From positions 6,358 through 70,357 of the forward strand of contig JAPLDH010000078.1 in the NCBI GenBank assembly GCA_026391355.1: a DNA stretch of 64,000 bases. The letters are read 5' to 3'. Shown piece by piece: positions 46,534 through 55,726 of this stretch. The stretch comes from Bacteroidota bacterium (GTDB taxonomy: Bacteria; Bacteroidota; Bacteroidia; Bacteroidales; FEN-979). The notes below the pieces were generated by a model, which was given only the letters and a program-made list of their open reading frames with translations, did no database searches and had not been told where the DNA came from. Position numbers and translations under genes: made by a program. How positions within the stretch are numbered: position 1 is the first letter of the stretch; each line of letters opens with the position of its first letter.

Positions 46534-49500
46534 TCAAGATTTGACGCCAGCCAGCACTGCGAACCGATCTGGGTTACGCGTCACGATTGTCACGATTGCG
46601 CTGGCAGAGCATAACGCAACATTCGTATAGGAGTATGTAATTTGATGGGAGCCGACTCCTGCAATTGCTGGATAGAAAATCCCATTTGTCACACCGGGAC
46701 CTGAATAGTTTCCTCCTAAAGGAATACCGCCTTTCAACCGGAAGGGTTGCGCAACGGTTGTTGTAACAGAATCGTTGCACCTGGTAAGGGTGACAATGGG
46801 TGAAGCGGCAACACCCATCGTGATTGTATTGCTGGTAGCAGGATTTCCGTTGGTGCACGTGAGGTTTGAAGTCAATGTACAGGTGATCAGGTCACCGTTT
46901 ACAGGAATATATTGGTAAGTGGTACTGTTGGTTCCGGTATTAATTCCGTTGACTTTCCACAGGTAAACCGGGGTTGTTCCGCCATTTGTCGGGACAGCTG
47001 TGTATGTGACCGGGATCCCTGAACAGACCGGGTTATTGGAAGCAGAGATCAGAACACTTACCGGCATATTTGCGTTGCCCGTCATGGTAATCGTGTTGGA
47101 TGTTGCAGGGTTACCGGTCGGGCAGGTTGCATTTGAAGTAAGAACACAGGAAACCTGGTCGCCATTGAGCGGAGTATAAGAATAGGTAAGACTGCTCGTT
47201 CCGACTCCTACCCCATTCACCTTCCATTGATATTGCGGCAGAGTGCCCTGGTTTGTCGGAGATGCCGTAAATGTAACCTGGGTGCCTGCACAAACTGTTG
47301 TTACCGGAGCGCTGATAGTGATGCTGACAGGAAGGTTTGGATTGACAGTCATGCAAATTGAATTGGATGTTGCTGGGTTCCCGCTGGCACAGACAAGGTT
47401 TGAAGTCAGAACACAAGTGATGCAATCCCCATTTACAGGTGTATAGGTAAACTGTGAGTTATTTGCTCCATTATTTACTCCATTCACTTTCCATTGGTAA
47501 GCAGGCGTTGTTCCCCCATTCGTCGGGTTGGCGGTATAGATCACAGAAGTTCCGCTGCAAACGGTGGTGGCCGGGGTTGAGATTACAATGCTCACCGGGT
47601 TCACCGTATTCTCCACCATCGTGATGGTATTGGAGGTAGCTGGGTTTCCGGTTGGACAAGCAATATTTGAGTTCATTACACAGGTCACAAGATCACCATT
47701 CGCTGGTACATAGGAATAAATTGGATTATTCGTGCCGACCCCAACCCCGTTTACTTTCCACGAATATGAAGGTGTGGTTCCGCCATTCGTTGGAGTTGCA
47801 GTGAAAGTAACGGTCGATCCCTGGCAGAAGGGATTATTTGGGGTATTTATCGAAACACTAACGGGATGCAGTAGATTTACAGTCATAGTAATGGTATTCG
47901 ATGTCGCCGGGTTGTTTGATATGCAAATCGTGTTTGACGTGGTGAGCGTGCAGGTAACGATGTCCCCATTGGCGGGTGAATAGGTATAAATGGGATTATC
48001 GGTTCCTGCACTAATCCCGTTCACCTTCCACAGGTAGGATGGTGAAGATCCTCCATTCGTTGGGGTTGCGGTGAAAGTTACAGAAGTACCAGCACAAACA
48101 GGATTAACCGAAGCTGAAATTGTCACAGACACCGGTAGGTTTGGATTTACAACCATAGTGATCGCATTTGAGGTTGCCGGGTTGTTGGAGGTACAAATCG
48201 TATTTGATGAGGTCAGAACACATGTAACGATATCCCCAGTGGCAGGAACATAGGTCATTGTTGGTGCATTAGGGTAAACGCCACCACCATTCACTTTCCA
48301 CTGATACGATGGAGTAGAACCGCCGTTTGTGGGTGTTGCTGTATATATGACCGATGTTCCGGCACAAACAGTGTCATCAGAGGCGGAGATAGATACACCT
48401 ATTAAAATAACAGGTACAACATTTATTTCAATGACATTAGACTCAACCGCACCACTCCAGTCCGTCATACAATCTACCCTGACGATACGTTTAAACCATG
48501 TCGTTTGAGTAACTAAACCTGGACTATAGGAAGCATTGTTACTGCCGATAATATCATTAAATCCTGTTGTGCTGCTTGTGGTTGATTGCTGCCATTTATA
48601 TTCCAGGGTTCCGAAAAACCCGGATGGAGTTTGCAGATTGTTCAAAGGATTTGGAACATAACTTCCGCATCCGCTTTGTTCATTGCCAATAGCTCCTCCA
48701 CTTACCGGATTACTGCAGGGAGGATTATAACACCAGAACACATGTGAGGTATCCGATTTAAAACCAAAAACTTCAGCATATACATGATCTTCGCCTGGGG
48801 CTACACCGGTTTGTGTATAACAATATTGGGCATTACCCAAAGCATCGGTATACGCATTACCAACCAATGGATTTATCCCACTGACGTAGAAATTCACTAA
48901 CACCCCGACAACCGGGTTTAAGAGGTTATCAAGGATATTTGCAGTTAAACATACATTTGTAATGTTTAACTGACCGTACGCTGTATCGGGAGAAAGTGTA
49001 ACGCTATTGACGGTTCCTACAGGTGAAAGCGAACATCCTCCTGGATATCCATAAGATTCTGCTTGATCCCATCCATATACAAAAACACCGAATGGGAATG
49101 TGCTGGCAAAAGTATGTGAACCCACAATAACAGATCGTTGTGCACCATAGTAGTTGGTGGTGCCGATCTGTGTAAAAGCGGCGTTTGGTATCACTACTCC
49201 ATCCTGATATATTGTACCCAAAGCATATTCGGGAGCAACTACATTAACCCAATGAGTCGATGGAGTGCCCATTTCAACATTACAAATCGTATAATTAGTC
49301 AGGAATTGCTCTATAGGAGGAATTAACATCATAAATGGGTCCCCAGTTATATTTCCAGTACAAATCGCCCCCTTTGCGAACTGCGCCAGCAAAGTAGCTT
49401 TGGAACTTGCAATTGAATTGTAACCTGTTAAATTGGTATCAAAATGATCCCCCATATTAATGGTTGAAACCAATGACCCATTTATTGAGATTTCTGTCCC

Positions 49501-50280
49501 ATCCTCAGCTGCGAGAATCCTGAAAACATCTCCACTTGCATCCCGGCCTGCCAAAGAAACTGTCACAAAATTTTTCCCCCAAGAATAGTAAGGAAACATT
49601 TCTTCAACAATATAGTCACCAGCTGGACAAGATGCCGAAGGGATTTCATCAAGTGGTACTGACCCATATACTACCACTGGATAGTTTGATTGTATTCTTG
49701 ATCCTGTTAAATCATCACCTAGGTACCAGGATTGAACATGATATGTTTGACCTTGGTCAAGATTTATTGTGTCTATTGAATTTGTTTGATGGTTAAAAAC
49801 TATGATTACAGTGCCATCACTTGTAGCTACAACACTAAATGACGATCCCTGCGTTGCATGATTTGTTTGGTACGTCATGACTCTGTAATCGAGACCCAAA
49901 GCTTCTATAGGTAATGCAAGAAAGGCATCCGTGGAATAATTCCGTCTGTTTAATCCGTATACAGAGATTGGATCTACTGAAGTAATTCTAATTCCTTTGT
50001 CTTCAATACCCGGTAAAAGAGTTACGACAGAAGGCAAAGAGAGTTCAGTAACTACTCCGGGAGCAACAGTAAAACTCTGATCAACGCCTGGAAATGAAGA
50101 ATGAACTATACCACTTGTTGAGATGTTTGAGGAAATGAAAAGCTTTATTATTGGGAAATAACCAGATGTATTTGGAGGAAAAGCAACCCAAAAGTCAGTC
50201 CCCGAACTTGTAATATTTTGTGAATTACCTATATAGAATAGGAAATAGCTAAGTAGGATTGATAAAAAATACTTTTTCAA
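46534..50280 (-). CDS. Giant secreted protein: IgGFc-binding-like N-terminal domain plus six ~80-aa Ig-like repeats; C-terminal domain lost by frameshift
   Basis: Signal peptide MKKYFLSILLSYFLFYIGNSQ. GTDFWVAFPPN signature. Six WKVNG repeats whose DNA is about 90% identical to the neighbouring gene. Confidence 0.75.
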   Translation of the reverse strand: MKKYFLSILLSYFLFYIGNSQNITSSGTDFWVAFPPNTSGYFPIIKLFISSNISTSGIVHSSFPGVDQSFTVAPGVVTELSLPSVVTLLPGIEDKGIRITSVDPISVYGLNRRNYSTDAFLALPIEALGLDYRVMTYQTNHATQGSSFSVVATSDGTVIIVFNHQTNSIDTINLDQGQTYHVQSWYLGDDLTGSRIQSNYPVVVYGSVPLDEIPSASCPAGDYIVEEMFPYYSWGKNFVTVSLAGRDASGDVFRILAAEDGTEISINGSLVSTINMGDHFDTNLTGYNSIASSKATLLAQFAKGAICTGNITGDPFMMLIPPIEQFLTNYTICNVEMGTPSTHWVNVVAPEYALGTIYQDGVVIPNAAFTQIGTTNYYGAQRSVIVGSHTFASTFPFGVFVYGWDQAESYGYPGGCSLSPVGTVNSVTLSPDTAYGQLNITNVCLTANILDNLLNPVVGVLVNFYVSGINPLVGNAYTDALGNAQYCYTQTGVAPGEDHVYAEVFGFKSDTSHVFWCYNPPCSNPVSGGAIGNEQSGCGSYVPNPLNNLQTPSGFFGTLEYKWQQSTTSSTTGFNDIIGSNNASYSPGLVTQTTWFKRIVRVDCMTDWSGAVESNVIEINVVPVILIGVSISASDDTVCAGTSVIYTATPTNGGSTPSYQWKVNGGGVYPNAPTMTYVPATGDIVTCVLTSSNTICTSNNPATSNAITMVVNPNLPVSVTISASVNPVCAGTSVTFTATPTNGGSSPSYLWKVNGISAGTDNPIYTYSPANGDIVTCTLTTSNTICISNNPATSNTITMTVNLLHPVSVSINTPNNPFCQGSTVTFTATPTNGGTTPSYSWKVNGVGVGTNNPIYSYVPANGDLVTCVMNSNIACPTGNPATSNTITMVENTVNPVSIVISTPATTVCSGTSVIYTANPTNGGTTPAYQWKVNGVNNGANNSQFTYTPVNGDCITCVLTSNLVCASGNPATSNSICMTVNPNLPVSITISAPVTTVCAGTQVTFTASPTNQGTLPQYQWKVNGVGVGTSSLTYSYTPLNGDQVSCVLTSNATCPTGNPATSNTITMTGNANMPVSVLISASNNPVCSGIPVTYTAVPTNGGTTPVYLWKVNGINTGTNSTTYQYIPVNGDLITCTLTSNLTCTNGNPATSNTITMGVAASPIVTLTRCNDSVTTTVAQPFRLKGGIPLGGNYSGPGVTNGIFYPAIAGVGSHQITYSYTNVALCSASAIVTIVTRNPDRFAVLAGVKS

Positions 50281-50454
50281 TTTAATGAGATTGAAAACTG
50301 GGAAAGCCCAATCAAAATTACAAAATATTAATAGATTTCATACTGTTCTACATATAAGACAACCCTTTGTCAAAATGGTTGACCGAATCAAAAAGAAAAA
50401 CCCCTTGCCTAAATTCTGACAAGAGGTTTTCAACACGCCTGCTGACCTTAAGGC

Positions 50455-50519
50455 AGACCTTCCAGGTTTCAAGGTTGGCAGTTCTTTCTCTTGTAGATCA
50501 ATCAAAACCTGGAAGGTCT
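50455..50519. repeat. REP doublet (same 15-nt core as at 13.1 kb and 29 kb)
   Basis: AGACCTTCCAGGTTT at 50455-50469 and AAACCTGGAAGGTCT at 50505-50519. Confidence 0.8.
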
Positions 50520-50873
50520 CTACAATTGATTACCAACTTGCTGAGGAAGGATCGAACGTTACAGCCAGGAAATTGCATGGATAAAAATGTGCATTTCCCT
50601 TGTACCGTCAGGTACATACTATCGGTAGAAATTTGGGATCGCCCTCCATATCTCGTCCCGAATGGGACGAAATATCTTTCCATTTCCAATATTCTACCAA
50701 TATCTAATCCCTTACGGGATTTTTAATTTGCAGAAATCTTCAGAAACAACCCTGCTAAACCTTTAGGTAAAGATGCGCAAACAAAGTCGGAGCGGGATTA
50801 CAAATTCCACTCTGCCGGAATTATAATAAACCATCTCTGCAATCGTAAATCGTCGATCTAAAAGTAAATCTTT

Positions 50874-51599
50874 TCAGGGGTGAGCTACAAAGTAGTATTC
50901 TTTTCCTGTATGGAAATACTCACAAAATCTTTCCAATGTAAGATGGGAATGATTGTGCAGAAAGCCTTTCAGTGTTGATATCTGTAATCCGAAATCACTG
51001 ATGATCAGCGAGAAGAATGCTTCTGGTTGCGTATCATAATAATCTGCTGCCCCAAGACCAAATTCAAAAATGATGATGGGTTTACAACGTTTGATGGTCG
51101 TTGTTCCACCCTTTAGAACTTGAAATTCAGCGCCTTCAACATCAATTTTAATAAATTTGATCGTTTCATCAGCCGGAATGACATTATCAAGCAGATCAGT
51201 CTGAACTGTCAATTCATTGATGTGAACATCAGAGGAGGCATACTTCCTGCGTTTAATGCCACTATAAGCAGGAGCATCGACAACATACTGAAAAGAAGTT
51301 TCTCCCTTTTTATCAAATAAGGCGATGGAATAAACAGAGATATTATCTGACCTGTATTTTTCTTTCAGGTAATCATACAGATGGGGTAATGGTTCGAATG
51401 CAAAGTGATGACCTTTCGGTGATCGCTTCATGATCGCGTCAAGGATTTCCCCTTTATGACAGCCGATATCAATACAATTCCAATCCTTTTTCAGGATCTT
51501 ATCAAGGATCTCCAGTGTGTACCTGTCATACCTCAGATTCCTGGTAATAGGCAGATGTAACCCCACAAGCAAGCTTTTGAAAGCTTGTTTTAATGACAT
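50874..51599 (-). CDS. FkbM-family methyltransferase
   Basis: CIDIGCHKGE SAM-binding motif and IKIDVEGAE motif. The internal ATG at 51597-51599 is preferred. Confidence 0.75.
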   Translation of the reverse strand: MSLKQAFKSLLVGLHLPITRNLRYDRYTLEILDKILKKDWNCIDIGCHKGEILDAIMKRSPKGHHFAFEPLPHLYDYLKEKYRSDNISVYSIALFDKKGETSFQYVVDAPAYSGIKRRKYASSDVHINELTVQTDLLDNVIPADETIKFIKIDVEGAEFQVLKGGTTTIKRCKPIIIFEFGLGAADYYDTQPEAFFSLIISDFGLQISTLKGFLHNHSHLTLERFCEYFHTGKEYYFVAHP

Positions 51600-51674
51600 T
51601 CGACCGATTTTTTCAATTGAATTAACGTTGTGAAAATACAAAAAAGATCATTCCTGTAATTGTAAAAAATTGAC

Positions 51675-51682
51675 TATTTTTG
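51675..51682 (+). promoter_or_regulatory. Bacteroidota -7 box upstream of efp
   Basis: TATTTTTG lies 36 nt upstream of ATG 51718. Confidence 0.4.
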
Positions 51683-51717
51683 CACTCCTTTTCAAATGTA
51701 TTATCAATTAACATATT

Positions 51718-52284
51718 ATGGCTACAACAGCGGATATCCGAAATGGTTTGGTAATTGAATATAATGGTGATCTTTTTTCAATTGTAGAGTTTCAGCATGT
51801 AAAACCGGGCAAGGGACCGGCATTTATCAGAACCAAACTTAAAAACCTGAAAAGTGGTCGGGTGATCTCCAATACTTTCGATTCCGGTGTTAAGCTTGAT
51901 GTTGCAAGGGTTGAAAGAAGAAAATATCAGTTCTTGTACAAGGACGATTCCGGATATCATTTTATGAATACTGAAACATTTGATCAAACTTTTATCCAGG
52001 CAGATCTGATCAATGCCCCCACATTTCTGAAGGAGGGTCACGAGGTTGAAATACTTTTTGATGCTGATACCGAGACTCCGCTGACCTGTGAATTGCCTAC
52101 CTATGTGGAACTGAAACTAACATATACAGAACCAGGTTTGAAAGGAAATACGGCTACTAATGCCATGAAAAATGCCATTCTGGAAACCGGGGCAACTGTC
52201 AGGGTCCCTCTATTTATAGAAATCGGGGATACCATTCGCGTTGATACAAGAACCGGTGATTATTCAGAAAGAGTAAAGGCCTGA
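51718..52284 (+). CDS. efp: Elongation factor P
   Basis: MATTADIRNGLVIEYNGDLF..VEFQHVKPGKG.AF.RTKLKN, 188 aa. Confidence 0.95.
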   Translation: MATTADIRNGLVIEYNGDLFSIVEFQHVKPGKGPAFIRTKLKNLKSGRVISNTFDSGVKLDVARVERRKYQFLYKDDSGYHFMNTETFDQTFIQADLINAPTFLKEGHEVEILFDADTETPLTCELPTYVELKLTYTEPGLKGNTATNAMKNAILETGATVRVPLFIEIGDTIRVDTRTGDYSERVKA

Positions 52285-52299
52285 TATTGCTTCATTCAT

Positions 52300-53229
52300 A
52301 TGAAACTCAACCCACCCCTGACCCTTAAAGAAACTGCCGGGTTTTTACACGCACGTTATCTCGGCGAACCTGATTTCCCTGTTACAGGAATAAATGAGAT
52401 TCACATGGTTGAGCCGGGCGATCTGACTTTTGTCGACCATCCAAAATATTACAGTAAAGCGCTTTCCTCAAAAGCAACCACGATCATTATCAACAAAGAG
52501 GTTGATCCGCCTGCAGGAAAAAACCTCATCATATCTGAGAAACCGTTTGATGATTATATTTTTCTGGTTACAAAATTCCGGCCTTTTGAGAAGGCCACAT
52601 CCATGGTCAGTCCTTCTGCTACCATCGGCGAAGGGACAATAATTCAACCCGGAGCATTTATCGGAAATCATGTCAAGATTGGCACAAATTGCATCATCCA
52701 TGCAAACGCCAGTATTTACGATCATAGTGTAATCGGAAACAATGTTATCATTCATTCAGGTAGTGTTATTGGCTCTGATGCCTACTATTTTCAACGTAGG
52801 CCGGAAGGTTATAAAAAACTGGAATCATGTGGAAGAGCTATTATCGGCGATAATGTTGAAATTGGCGCTGTTACAACAATCGACAAAGGGGTTTCGGGTG
52901 ATACCATTATTTCTCAGGGTACAAAAATGGATAATCATGTCCAGGTCGGACATGATACATTTATCGGCCAGAATTGTCTGATTGGTGCATATTGCGCTAT
53001 TGCAGGTGTGACAAGGATAGAGGATGATGTAATCTTATGGGCGGGGGTGCTTGTAAACAAAGATATTGTGATCGGGGCAAAAGCCGTGGTCCTTGCTGGA
53101 GCCGGAACTGACAGGTCCCTCGAAGGAGGTAAAACCTATTGGGGTATTCCTGCCATTGAAGCCCGAAAAAAATGGCGCGAGGTTGCTGCTTTAAAAATTC
53201 TGCCTGATTTACTTCAGAAACTGAGATAG
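52300..53229 (+). CDS. lpxD: Second LpxD-type UDP-3-O-acylglucosamine N-acyltransferase paralogue
   Basis: LpxD-like N-terminal region (PGDLTFVDHPKY). Hexapeptide helix IGDNVEIGAVTTIDKGVSGDT.I..GTKMDNHVQVGHD. Confidence 0.75.
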   Translation: MKLNPPLTLKETAGFLHARYLGEPDFPVTGINEIHMVEPGDLTFVDHPKYYSKALSSKATTIIINKEVDPPAGKNLIISEKPFDDYIFLVTKFRPFEKATSMVSPSATIGEGTIIQPGAFIGNHVKIGTNCIIHANASIYDHSVIGNNVIIHSGSVIGSDAYYFQRRPEGYKKLESCGRAIIGDNVEIGAVTTIDKGVSGDTIISQGTKMDNHVQVGHDTFIGQNCLIGAYCAIAGVTRIEDDVILWAGVLVNKDIVIGAKAVVLAGAGTDRSLEGGKTYWGIPAIEARKKWREVAALKILPDLLQKLR

Positions 53230-53238
53230 TTTCAACCC

Positions 53239-54720
53239 TTATTGTTTTCCCGTCACCCCGGTTTCCTGATTTTCTGCGGATTGGCCGTTTGTGAAATACA
53301 GATCCATCGCCACAAGAATTGCAATAAAACCCCAGAAAGGAACTGAAGCTTTATCACTGTCGAGGAAATTATTCATGGTCCCGTGAAAGAAATAGGTGAT
53401 AAGACCTAACATAACCGACAAACTGATCACTTTTATTTCCCTTGTTTGTGCTTTCCGGTACACACGAAAACCCGTCACCACCGTACAGATCAGGATGATA
53501 ATGACAAAGATGGCACCGATAAACCCTGATTCTGCTAATGGCCCGATATACTCGCTGTGCGCATTTCCACGATCACCAAAATCAGTACTGATCTTCGTTT
53601 TCTCCATCGAACGCTGATAGGGACCATATTCAAACTGATAGGTTCCTGGGCCGAAGCCGAATACAGGCCGTTCATTGAACATACGGAAAGCCGATTGCCA
53701 CCTGTTTATCCGTTCAAGGTTGGATGCATCGGTGGAAATATTTGAGATGGATTGAACATGCTCAATAAAGTTTGCCGAAGTGCCTTGCTTGTTCCTTTCA
53801 AGTTTATCCCATATTTCACCCTGAAACAGATAGAAAATACCTCCCAGAATGAAAAGTGTAATGACTATCCATTTGAACTTGATTTTTAGTAAGACAATCA
53901 AGTAAACGAAGAATGCAAAAGCCAAGCTGACCCAGGCCGCCCTGCTGAATGACAGAATAAGTGCTAACACGAGCATCATCAGAACAACAAGACAAAATAC
54001 GCGGACAAACCTTGAATAGATCCTGCTGAATGTAAAACCGACGAATACCGGGATAAACAGGGTCAATATTGCACCATATGCAGTATGGTCATTATAAAAA
54101 GGATACATGACCCAATGCCCGGCCTGCTCATCAAACCCCCACAGATAGTGATTATAGGTGGTATAAACAATTACACCAATCAATGGAATCGTATATAGCC
54201 AAAGAAAGCTCTTGATATTATTGACCTTTCTGAAAAGGTAAATAGCCAGAAAATAAAATGGTATTACAAACCAGAGTCGAGCCAGCAGAAACTTGAGCGA
54301 AACAATTGGCAACTGACTGGTAAGACTGGTAATAAGAAGCCATAACAATTGAAGTATGATGATGATGGTAAGCGGATGTTTTAACATTGTCCTGTCGAAG
54401 GTTTTTTCATAAATCAGTTTGAGGACAAATAACACAAGAACACCGAACATCAAAGGTTCCGTCGGAACCGATATCCCAAACCCAAACTCCAGGTCCGTCA
54501 GGTTTATGGCTAATGGTGTAAAAAAAGCAATCAGCAACAGAATAATATCAAGCCTGAAAATATAGAGATATAAAAGAACAATCCCGACCGGAATTAGCAT
54601 CCCATAGTATAATTCTCTTCTTACCAGGTATGTATTCAACACGATATATAAAATAGAAAGTGTATATACCACCCATATTTTGGATCGCTCAAAAAGTTCT
54701 TTTCGTGCCTGGTTCATCAC
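53239..54720 (-). CDS. O-antigen ligase / Wzy_C-family polymerase-like membrane protein
   Basis: About 12 TM helices and the typical LSFSRAAWVSL loop motif. Confidence 0.7.
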   Translation of the reverse strand: MMNQARKELFERSKIWVVYTLSILYIVLNTYLVRRELYYGMLIPVGIVLLYLYIFRLDIILLLIAFFTPLAINLTDLEFGFGISVPTEPLMFGVLVLFVLKLIYEKTFDRTMLKHPLTIIIILQLLWLLITSLTSQLPIVSLKFLLARLWFVIPFYFLAIYLFRKVNNIKSFLWLYTIPLIGVIVYTTYNHYLWGFDEQAGHWVMYPFYNDHTAYGAILTLFIPVFVGFTFSRIYSRFVRVFCLVVLMMLVLALILSFSRAAWVSLAFAFFVYLIVLLKIKFKWIVITLFILGGIFYLFQGEIWDKLERNKQGTSANFIEHVQSISNISTDASNLERINRWQSAFRMFNERPVFGFGPGTYQFEYGPYQRSMEKTKISTDFGDRGNAHSEYIGPLAESGFIGAIFVIIILICTVVTGFRVYRKAQTREIKVISLSVMLGLITYFFHGTMNNFLDSDKASVPFWGFIAILVAMDLYFTNGQSAENQETGVTGKQ

Positions 54721-54734
54721 AAAAAAGGAGAATA

Positions 54735-55682
54735 TTAAATTTGCTGCTTTTTAAACTTCCGGTCCTCGATGAACCCGATCACCATAATCGCAATAAACAT
54801 AGCGGCAATCGTGGAAACCAAAATGATGATCCATCGAACAGGATATGATTTTTTATCAGCAGGAAATGGCTTGTTCAGGAGGTTCACATAGGTATATTGC
54901 CGTTGGTAGTTCTGAATAGCCCGGTCAAAATCAAGTTTATATTGGCTGTATGTTCCTGCTTCACTTTTCATTAGTTCACCAAGCAGCATCATTTCCCCTC
55001 CGTTTTCTTCCAGACTTTTCTTCAGTCTTTCTGCTTCTTTTTTGTTATACATAGAACTACTTCCAAGATAAGCCTTCATGACCTCTTTTGTCTGGTTGGG
55101 AAAATCGAGAACGCCATATTTCGTACCCAGTTCTTCAGCACGCGCTTTCAGGGAATCGAGGTCCTTCCTCTTCAACTCCGTCACTTGTCTGAAATTTTCC
55201 ACTACCTCCTGGAACTTCTCCTTGTGAAGATTTCTGACTTTCATGTTGTAACAGTCAATCATTGTATTCGCCATGTCGCTTGCAACAATCGGATCCTGGT
55301 CGTACACTTCAAGCACAACGGCTTCATAAGGAGTCTTGTTGATTTTAACCCTGTTGCCCCATTCCCATAACATTGTACTTAAGAAATATTTGTAATAGAG
55401 ATCAATTCCATAATGCTGGGCAAGGTTGAATTTTTTAATCACCGTGTCGCGGATATCCTTCGACTGAAATATCTGGATCATTTGCTCCGTTTCATTTTCC
55501 GTAGCATACGGTGAAACATTCGAGGGATACATGATGGCAAAAGATTTAAATAGCGGAGTGATGAAGATAGGACCTGAAAAAAAAGCCGAAAGTAAAATAG
55601 CAACCACCGCGATAATAGCAAGATGATATTTCCATCTGACCAATATATTGATGATCCTTTTGCTGCTGAAATATTCTTCCAT
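54735..55682 (-). CDS. Wzz-like polysaccharide chain-length determinant (paralogue 1)
   Basis: N- and C-terminal TM helices flank a coiled-coil periplasmic region. Shared KSYPVRW motif before the last TM. Confidence 0.65.
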   Translation of the reverse strand: MEEYFSSKRIINILVRWKYHLAIIAVVAILLSAFFSGPIFITPLFKSFAIMYPSNVSPYATENETEQMIQIFQSKDIRDTVIKKFNLAQHYGIDLYYKYFLSTMLWEWGNRVKINKTPYEAVVLEVYDQDPIVASDMANTMIDCYNMKVRNLHKEKFQEVVENFRQVTELKRKDLDSLKARAEELGTKYGVLDFPNQTKEVMKAYLGSSSMYNKKEAERLKKSLEENGGEMMLLGELMKSEAGTYSQYKLDFDRAIQNYQRQYTYVNLLNKPFPADKKSYPVRWIIILVSTIAAMFIAIMVIGFIEDRKFKKQQI

Positions 55683-55726
55683 ATTGCTTAATTTTATCTT
55701 AACAAATTTTATTTTCTCAACGATTA

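Noticed and set aside
46177-46537. 78-aa and 72-aa ORFs overlapping the FISUMP fragment
   Set aside because: They are out-of-frame shadows of the clearly homologous FISUMP reading frame.
50530-50560. tRNA-like T-arm (GGATCGAAC, i.e. GTTCGATCC on the minus strand)
   Set aside because: The flanking bases do not form a T-stem or an acceptor stem, and no anticodon arm could be built.
50367-50726. 119-aa + strand ORF in the long intergenic region
   Set aside because: It runs through the REP doublet, has no motifs, shows no plausible expression signals, and has odd composition. It is treated as non-coding.
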